Positions 57,634 to 64,000 of a stretch of 64,000 bases of DNA are shown one piece after another (within the stretch, counting starts at the first letter, position 1; every line of letters starts with the position of its first letter). The notes under the pieces are model-generated. The model was not told the DNA's origin, ran no database searches, and saw only the letters and a program-made list of their open reading frames with translations. The stretch covers positions 3,648,001-3,712,000 of the forward strand of contig OZ245015.1 in assembly GCA_965223705.1 (NCBI GenBank), in the 5' to 3' direction. This DNA comes from Myxococcota bacterium. Its GTDB lineage: Bacteria; Myxococcota_A; UBA9160; UBA6930. The translations under genes and the position numbers were made by a program.

Positions 57634-58227
57634 CTAGTGCCCCTTCGTTCGGCCCGGCGACAGCTCCCGGTTGCCGCGCACCACGCGCAACTCGCCGCTT
57701 CGAGACAGCCGTTGATATCCTCGGGTCAGACCGCGCAGATATTCCGCGCCGCCGTCGAGGCTCTGGGGTGTCATGCCTTCTACAAGCTTCTCGACGTAAC
57801 CGACGCCGCGCGCGGTGGTTTCGCGTAGAAAGCGTCGCCCAGACGCGGTTAACGACACCAACCTCTCGCGCCCGGAATCGGGGTCTTCTTCGATGGCGAC
57901 GTATTCGAGAGGCGGCCGGTGCATTTCGCGCAGGGCCTTTGAGACCGCCGACGGCGAGATCTCAAACCAGGTCTGGAGCGCGCGCTCGATCTCTTTGCGG
58001 CGCATCACCTGGCCGTCTTGTCCCTCGGACCGGATCAGCCACAGGATCGCGACTTGCTTACGCGACAAAACCCCGCCTGAGAGCACCTCTTCCAGAGCCG
58101 TGCCCATCTGGTAGTGAACCGGGTAGAAGAACTCGAGAAGATCGGCGGGCGTAGTCGGACGCGACGCGGCGCGATCTGCGCTGGTGGGCAATGGGGGGCC
58201 TCCTTCGCTCTCGAAGATTTTACTCAA
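57634..58227 (-). CDS. MarR-like winged-helix regulator
   Basis: AILWLI, SAVSKAL and DPDSGRERLVSLT..G motifs. Confidence 0.8.
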   Translation of the reverse strand: MSKIFESEGGPPLPTSADRAASRPTTPADLLEFFYPVHYQMGTALEEVLSGGVLSRKQVAILWLIRSEGQDGQVMRRKEIERALQTWFEISPSAVSKALREMHRPPLEYVAIEEDPDSGRERLVSLTASGRRFLRETTARGVGYVEKLVEGMTPQSLDGGAEYLRGLTRGYQRLSRSGELRVVRGNRELSPGRTKGH

Positions 58228-58295
58228 CTATTGCCTTTGCTCAATAATTTGCCGTGGTGGTCGCTCAGCGGCAGCAAGGCCCGTTTCTCGAAGGT

Positions 58296-59363
58296 TCAAC
58301 GAGCGCCTTGGAACGCCTTCGTAACGAAGGGCGAAGTCATCGCCCTCACCAGCGCGCTGTAGTTCAGCTGAAACCTCGCCTCTGTGCCGGGCGCGCGGTG
58401 GGTGGAGCCGGTGTCCGTGATCAGGTGATCGCTACTCGCTCCGAGAATCTCGATCCCTGATGGGGGGCGGAGACCCTCGGGGTCCGTATCTTGCCGACCG
58501 ATTGCAAAGATTGTCTGCGAGATCGTGCCGGCGCGACTTGGAGAGGAAGTCTCTCCAAACGCGTTCTGAGCGGTTTCCCCCCATGGTGCAGAGGGCTTGC
58601 GTTTGGATTCAATGACTTCGGCGACGAGCTCGAAGGCGTCCGTGTGAAGCGCCTCGATGGGCTTCCGGTCGAGGGGATCGCAACCGAGTAGAATCGATTC
58701 GCCCAATCGGAGATTGTTCACACGTCCGGTATCCGGACAATCGAGCGCCCACGAGAGGCCGCTCGAGTTGCCTCCGGAGACCGTCTCAAGAACGATCCCG
58801 AACTTGTCATCCACCGAGTCGGCCAACTCGGACAGGACCGCCATGTTGGTTGGGCTCGGACAGACCCCGTTTCGGCAAGCGAGATTGGCTCCGATCCCCT
58901 TTAGTACGATGTTGGGGAGCCCGATCGTCTTCTGCACAGTACTCACCAGATCGCCGGGAAGGATTCCTTCCCTGAGGTCTCCCAGCTCAACCATCAGCAA
59001 GATCCCGTGGGTTCGGTCGGCTCTCTCCGCCGCATGCGAGAGCAGTCCGATGATTTCGATCTCTGTGTTGAAGCTTATGTCCGAACTCATCACGACGCGG
59101 TCCACCTGACTTCGCATCGGAGAACGAATCAGCGTCATCGGAATCTCTCGCTGCGCGACGCGCATCGCTTCGATGTTGGCGATGCGTGAGTCTCCGAGAT
59201 CGGTGACACCAGCGCGAAGGAAAGCGCTGGCAATTTCCGGAGATCCGAGGGTGGCTTTTGTTACACCGGTAACCGAGATGCCGCGCGTCGCTAGACGCGT
59301 CACCAGTGCGCTGGCGTTGTCTTCAATTTTTCCGAGATCGATCTCGAGGCGCGGAGCGGGCAC
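58296..59363 (-). CDS. Alanine/ornithine racemase-family PLP enzyme
   Basis: IDLGKI, GVTKA, DSRIAN, GDLREG, SGGNSS and GASSDHL motifs. Confidence 0.9.
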   Translation of the reverse strand: MPAPRLEIDLGKIEDNASALVTRLATRGISVTGVTKATLGSPEIASAFLRAGVTDLGDSRIANIEAMRVAQREIPMTLIRSPMRSQVDRVVMSSDISFNTEIEIIGLLSHAAERADRTHGILLMVELGDLREGILPGDLVSTVQKTIGLPNIVLKGIGANLACRNGVCPSPTNMAVLSELADSVDDKFGIVLETVSGGNSSGLSWALDCPDTGRVNNLRLGESILLGCDPLDRKPIEALHTDAFELVAEVIESKRKPSAPWGETAQNAFGETSSPSRAGTISQTIFAIGRQDTDPEGLRPPSGIEILGASSDHLITDTGSTHRAPGTEARFQLNYSALVRAMTSPFVTKAFQGAR

Positions 59364-59374
59364 CCGGCGCCGAC

Positions 59375-60460
59375 TCAGCTCTTCTTCAGTCGGGGAAATG
59401 CGGAAAGAACCATCTCCACAAGCCGGTCCGTCGGCCGGGTCAGCGCGTCGGTCACGGGTATGCCCAGCTCGCGTTCATACTGCTCGATCGATGTCGAGAC
59501 GTCAGCCTGGCTCATGTTTTCGTGGTTGATCGTGAGGCCGATCACCCGCGTCGCGGCGAAGGTCTCGATCAGGTTGATCTCGGTTTTGGGGATGGGCATT
59601 GGCATTCGTTCGAAATCACAGCGATGAGAGCGACGTGGTGCGTGTTGCAAAACGACGCCGTCGGGAGTGCTTCCCCTGAGTATGAACGACGTCGTAGAGT
59701 AAGCGGGGTGGCTGAGTGCTCCCTGCCCTTCGATGATCATGACGTCCGGGCTCTCTCTTTCGAACGCGTCAACGATCGTCGCCTCCAGTTCACCGGCGCA
59801 AAACTGAGAGGGCACAGCGTCGAGGGCGAGACCGTAGCGAGCCCCTTGCATCAACCCGGTTTGTCCGGTCCCCACCATCACGGCCCGCAAGCCCTGTTCA
59901 TTTAGCGCTTGCGTCAGAATCGAGGCGGTCGTGCGTTTTCCGATCGCACAATCGGTCCCGAGCACGGCGATACGAGGACAGGTAACGCGAGAGATATGGC
60001 CGCTGAATGTTCGAAGATCTTTCTTGGCGCGAGGTTTCCGAACGTCCAGCATCTCGACGTCGCTCACCACGCTCGCCCTCACGAACTCCGGGTCGTCATT
60101 CAGAAACTCGTGAAGACCGTTGACGATATTCATACCTAGGCTTATGGCCTCGAGCACGATTCGGCGCTCCTGCTGAGACAGCATGCCGCTCGCAGGTGCC
60201 ATACCGAAGATGAAGTAGTCGGGCACGCCTCCGGCGTGCTCCAGCGAGTGCGCGAGGTTTCGGCAGATCGGAATCGCGTTCGGCTTTTTGTCGAGCACCT
60301 CGCCAGAGTCCAAACCGGTTTGTTCGCTGTCGATCACCGACAGAATTTTGTACTTCTCGGAGTGACGAACGAGCCCGTTCGCTGTTTTCCCGTCGATCGC
60401 TCCGAAGTTCCCCTCGCAGTAAACAATGGCCGTTTCAGACCGCGTCGGTTTTCGACGCAT
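59375..60460 (-). CDS. DUF1611 (DgcN-like) P-loop protein (start uncertain)
   Basis: GKTANGL, GTDCAIGKRTT, TGQTG and EGQGAL.HP motifs. Confidence 0.9.
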   Translation of the reverse strand: MRRKPTRSETAIVYCEGNFGAIDGKTANGLVRHSEKYKILSVIDSEQTGLDSGEVLDKKPNAIPICRNLAHSLEHAGGVPDYFIFGMAPASGMLSQQERRIVLEAISLGMNIVNGLHEFLNDDPEFVRASVVSDVEMLDVRKPRAKKDLRTFSGHISRVTCPRIAVLGTDCAIGKRTTASILTQALNEQGLRAVMVGTGQTGLMQGARYGLALDAVPSQFCAGELEATIVDAFERESPDVMIIEGQGALSHPAYSTTSFILRGSTPDGVVLQHAPRRSHRCDFERMPMPIPKTEINLIETFAATRVIGLTINHENMSQADVSTSIEQYERELGIPVTDALTRPTDRLVEMVLSAFPRLKKS

Positions 60461-60582
60461 AGGGGGCGTTTCGGGATTCGTGTCTGCCAGACCGCGCAGT
60501 TGTGCAGACTCGCTGGGGGAGCGGGCGCTCCGAGGGAATAGACGGATTACGGACAATGAATCTCCTGGTGGAATCTCGACAC

Positions 60583-60936
60583 TCATGACGAGTTTCGTGA
60601 GCGGAGGAAGGCCAAGTACTTAAGGAGCTCTTCCTCCTCTTCGGCGGTGAGGTCGTCAATCGCGAACGCGGCGAGCCTCCTGCGCCGTCCACCCGTTTTC
60701 TCGGGCTGAAGCAGATACCCTGCTTTTTCCATCAGCGTTTCGTAAGGCACGCCATAAACGCCGGACAGACTGTGCAGGACATGCGGAGAGGGCTTCCTGA
60801 TCCTGCCGTTTTCAAGTTGGCTCAGATACGCGTTCGAAACGGCCATCCCCGTCGCTTCTTCAACTTCTCGCAACGAAAGGCCTTTGGCTTTCCGCAGATC
60901 TGCCAGGGTCGTCCCGAGCTCGCTGGGATGACCCAC
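60583..60936 (-). CDS. XRE-family HTH regulator
   Basis: LSLREVEEATG..VSNAYLSQLENG. Confidence 0.88.
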   Translation of the reverse strand: MGHPSELGTTLADLRKAKGLSLREVEEATGMAVSNAYLSQLENGRIRKPSPHVLHSLSGVYGVPYETLMEKAGYLLQPEKTGGRRRRLAAFAIDDLTAEEEEELLKYLAFLRSRNSS

Positions 60937-61347
60937 GAAACCGGAGGCACGTCGCCCGGATTTCTTGTTTTGACTTCCCTCTGCCCGCTTCGCCACGCGC
61001 CCCGCCCCTACTCTGACAACTTCGCACAAACTGCTTGGCATATCAAGCAATATGCATGACAGCATTTCATATTTATCATTGCGTGGTATAATTAGCAGAA
61101 TGAAAACAAGGGCGAACCGCCCCCACAACCCCCGGCCGACTCAGGGCTTACGAGAGTAATTGCCGATGCACGACGCGTTTAGCAGTAGCATGCGGCGATT
61201 GTCGGTGTGGCTTCGCGCAGCGATAGCGCGACGTCGCACAGCCGCCGAACGCGCGCGCTTTTGGAGTGAAGTGCGCAGCGGAGAATGTGAAGCGAAATCC
61301 CGGTCCCGTGCCCTCGACGGGCCCGACACCGCGGAAGCCCCGCCCCC

Positions 61348-61500
61348 CTAGTGCGTCGCCTCCCACGTCTCCCAATAAGTTCGCTCGCGTCCGGGGATGC
61401 GCTTTCCGGGCTTGAAGTCATCGTCTGCGAAGTAGGCGACCGGCAGCAGCGCTCCCTGAGTGATGTGATCCGGGATATTGAGGAGACCCGCAATGCCCAA
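61348..61500 (-). pseudogene. C-terminal fragment of a nitroreductase-like protein
   Basis: LLNIPDHITQGALLPVAYF..DDFKP.KR. Confidence 0.55.
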
Positions 61501-61599
61501 GGAACTGATGCTTTTCGCATTCGATATGAATTGCCCCAATCGATGGGGCGGGCCAGCGCATGATGGCGTCGCCGTGGCGCTTGAGGTCCGCTAGGTCGA

Positions 61600-61855
61600 A
61601 GACAGCGACGCCAATAAAGTGCGAGCGACCCTTCCAGTCGACACGGGTTTGATCAACCAGGCGCTCATAGGCCTCATGAACAAGTGCGGTGGGTTGAAGG
61701 GTGTGATGCGCTCGCTCGCCGTTCAGGGAACCCTTCGCCAGCCGGCGAAGCTCGTCATAGACGGCGGGGAGTAAATACTCTGGGATGTTCGGCTCGCTCC
61801 CCACTGAGCTGAGTGTTGCCAGAGTCTCCGTGATTTGGGATCGGAGCTCGTCCAC
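61600..61855 (-). pseudogene. N-terminal fragment of a TIGR02999-type ECF sigma factor
   Basis: LLPAVYDELRRLA...HTLQPTALVHEAY; similarity ends after HFIGVA. Confidence 0.82.
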
Positions 61856-61903
61856 TGACGTACCATGCGACGAGGAGAGCCGAAGAGCAACCGTCCCCCG
61901 AGG

Positions 61904-61996
61904 TTGTGAGTCCCGTGTGAGTCCCGGCTATTTTCGAGTTCGGAAAACCCAACAATTCCGGATACTTAGTGGTGGAGGCGGCGGGAATCGAACCCG
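61904..61996 (-). repeat. attL-like site at the tmRNA 3' end with a TGTGAGTCCC pair
   Basis: Matches 39220-39308 and 47620-47712. Confidence 0.92.
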
Positions 61997-62336
61997 CGTC
62001 CGCATGGCTTCGGACTGCCGCGTCTACGTGCGTAGGTTTCGCTCGATCTCGATCACACCAGTCGCGATGCCAGGAGAAGTGCGATCCAGGTCGACGTGTG
62101 TCTCGCCCCCGGATGCGGCCGACCAACGGCCGGGGGCACAGTCTCCTGAATGACGCCCGCGGTCCCCTAGGAGACGTCAGGGACGGGCGTCGCTGGCTTA
62201 GCTTCTAACTAAGCAGCGAGTGCGTAGTTGTCGTCGGCAGTTATCAGCTACCAACATGCCACCTGTTTAACGAGGGTTGTGACGACCTCGGCACGCAGCG
62301 ATAGCCTTCGACCACCCGTCGAAGCCGATCGCCCCC
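61970..62336 (-). ncRNA. ssrA: tmRNA with tag ADDNYALAA
   Basis: 5' GGGGGCGATCGGCTTCGAC; 3' GGTTCGATTCCCGCCGCCTCCACCA; resume context ATAACT-GCC; tag ORF 62209-62238. Confidence 0.97.
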
Positions 62337-62345
62337 ATACCTAAA

Positions 62346-62373
62346 AGTCTATGTACGGCGGGGGGTTATGCAA
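62346..62373 (-). promoter_or_regulatory. sigma70-type promoter of ssrA
   Basis: TTGCAT-N16-TAGACT just upstream of the mature 5' end. Confidence 0.55.
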
Positions 62374-62471
62374 CCCGCAGCTCCCCCTTGGGGATGAATG
62401 CCTCCTTTACGGGAGCGAGTCGGCCCCCATAGAATGGAGATGCCTCCCACCTCCCAATCGGAAGGAGCCCG

Positions 62472-63602
62472 ATGTCCCTCGTCGTCGACGCCGATGGTCA
62501 CGTCCTGGAGCCCCGCAACACCTGGCTCGACTACATCGAGCCGCGCTTTCGCGACCGCGCGATTCGCATCGAGCGCGATGCAAACGACGAGGAAAACCTG
62601 CTCATCGACGGGAAACCCCTCGAAGTGGTGCGCGGGCGGTTGGCGGCGCTCGGCGGCATCGAGATGGACCCGAGCGATGCACTTACGACGGGCAAGTACG
62701 CCTACGAGGACGGCTGTCCGAAAGGCAGCTTCGATCCGGCGGCGCGACTCGAGGTGATGGATGCGGAGGGGATCGACGTCGCGCTCCTCTACCCGACGAT
62801 CGGCATCTGCTGGGAGGGGCACACCCAGGACGCCGCGTTGGCTCACGCGTACACCGAGGCGTACAACCGCTGGATCGTCGATTTCTGCAGCCATGACCCG
62901 AAGCGCCTGGTTCCGATCGCGCACATCAACTTGCTCGACGGTGAGCTCGCGGTCGCCGAGCTCGAGCGCGCACACGCCGCGGGGTGTCGCGGCATCTATC
63001 TCTCGCCCGACATGTTCGCGAGAGCCCGCAAGCGCTTCGACGATGAATCGCTCGATCGCTTCTGGGCCACGGCGCAAGAGATGGAACTTCCAGTGGGCTT
63101 TCACGTCGTGGTCCGCGATCAACCGACGACGAGCTACTTCGATCCTTTCGAAGCGGACAGTCCGCGCTTCGGTCTCTTCAACTTTGCCTTCCTCGCTATC
63201 GATGTGATGGCGGGCTTTACGGAGCTTCTTTCGCTGGGCGTGCTCGAGAAGTTCCCGCGCCTCAAGATCTCGGTGCTCGAGACGGGAGCGAACTGGATCT
63301 CCGCTTGGCTCGACCGCCTCGATCACAAGTTCGAAGTCATGCACGCATCGACGATCTTGACGATGAAACCGTCGGACTATTTCCGGCGGCAATGCCTGGT
63401 CTCCGCCGACCCCGACGAATCGCTCACCGCGGACGTCGTCCGCCACGTGGGCGCGGAGTACTTCATCTGGGCGTCGGACTACCCGCACATCGACGCGTCG
63501 ATGGGCGTCGTGAAGGAGCTCCGCGAGCGCATCGCGCCGCTCCCCGAGGACATGCAGCGGCTCGTGCTGGGCGACAACGCGGTGCGCTTCTACGTCCTGT
63601 AG
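62472..63602 (+). CDS. Amidohydrolase-2 family protein
   Basis: VDADGHVLEP, MDAEGID, LETG..W and WASDYPH.D motifs. Confidence 0.93.
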   Translation: MSLVVDADGHVLEPRNTWLDYIEPRFRDRAIRIERDANDEENLLIDGKPLEVVRGRLAALGGIEMDPSDALTTGKYAYEDGCPKGSFDPAARLEVMDAEGIDVALLYPTIGICWEGHTQDAALAHAYTEAYNRWIVDFCSHDPKRLVPIAHINLLDGELAVAELERAHAAGCRGIYLSPDMFARARKRFDDESLDRFWATAQEMELPVGFHVVVRDQPTTSYFDPFEADSPRFGLFNFAFLAIDVMAGFTELLSLGVLEKFPRLKISVLETGANWISAWLDRLDHKFEVMHASTILTMKPSDYFRRQCLVSADPDESLTADVVRHVGAEYFIWASDYPHIDASMGVVKELRERIAPLPEDMQRLVLGDNAVRFYVL

Positions 63603-63657
63603 GCTCGCGTCGCCTCCGAGAACGTGAGACAATCTCGGCACATAAAGCGAGGTGGCC

Positions 63658-64000
63658 ATGACACTGAAGTGGACACAGGAAACGGTCCGGGTCGGAGATG
63701 CCGACCTCGTCGTCGAACGCGCGGGTAGCGGCGCCCCCCTGCTGCTCCTCCACGAAGAGCTGGGGTGCCCGGGCACGACGCGCTGGCAGGAAGAGATGGC
63801 CAAGAGCCACACGCTCCTGCAGGTGCACCACCCGGGCTTCAGCCGAACCGAGCGCGTCCCGTGGATCGAATCGATGCGCGACCTGGCTTGCTTCTACGCG
63901 TGGTACCTCCGCGGCCAGGGCCTCGCGCCGGTCGACGTCCTCGGCTTCTCCTTCGGCGGGTGGGTTGCCGCCGAGATGGCGGTCAACGATCCGTCGCTGT
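63658..64000 (+). CDS. Alpha/beta hydrolase (runs off the window)
   Basis: GSGAPLLLLH, HPGF and GFSFGG nucleophile elbow. Confidence 0.9.
   Translation, partial: MTLKWTQETVRVGDADLVVERAGSGAPLLLLHEELGCPGTTRWQEEMAKSHTLLQVHHPGFSRTERVPWIESMRDLACFYAWYLRGQGLAPVDVLGFSFGGWVAAEMAVNDPSL

Larger units (their letters stand above)
47686..61996. mobile_element. 14.3-kb tmRNA-integrated island with no integrase gene
   Basis: Lies between the ssrA 3' end and its 27-bp copy; gene fragments at both edges. Confidence 0.78.

Noticed and set aside
56529..58154. Long shadow ORFs (also 2746-3987, 6686-7951, 50045-51391, 31628-32719, 62349-63812)
   Set aside because: Antisense or alternate-frame to well-supported genes; expected in high-GC DNA
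61755..62208. ORFs overlapping ssrA
   Set aside because: Explained by the tmRNA and att site
1..64000. Integrase, transposase or phage genes
   Set aside because: No ORF with recognisable recombinase, DDE or phage motifs; the encapsulin is not a prophage capsid

Overview
High-GC bacterial DNA from a diderm: it encodes OmpA, BON, LpxR-like and lipoprotein genes. A Myxococcota/Binatia-like host is a guess. The window has four parts. (1) 1-1.3 kb: the end of gdhA plus gene fragments. (2) About 1.3-39 kb: a dense general-stress island with catalase, SOD, an encapsulin and its ferritin-like cargo, dodecin, USP, CsbD, many BON proteins, three MscS channels, two Pmp3, DUF1328s, two unlisted metallothioneins, and a sortase with two LPDTA substrates. 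About 20 correctly oriented sigma54 -24/-12 promoters sit in front of its operons. A recurring TGYAA-N3-TTACA palindrome lies about 40 bp upstream of several of them, and the island encodes its own histidine kinase and NtrC-type activator. (3) 39.2-62.3 kb: a tandem array of integrase-less segments downstream of an intact tmRNA gene (61970-62336, minus strand), bounded by copies of the tmRNA 3' end and TGTGAGTCC arm-like repeats. One 8.4-kb segment is a DUF6502/DUF5666 module with a shared TGGnA-N5-TCCCA operator. One 14.3-kb segment carries catabolic genes and gene debris. (4) Upstream of ssrA: an amidohydrolase and a partial alpha/beta hydrolase. All family calls come from motif recognition by eye; no database search was run.
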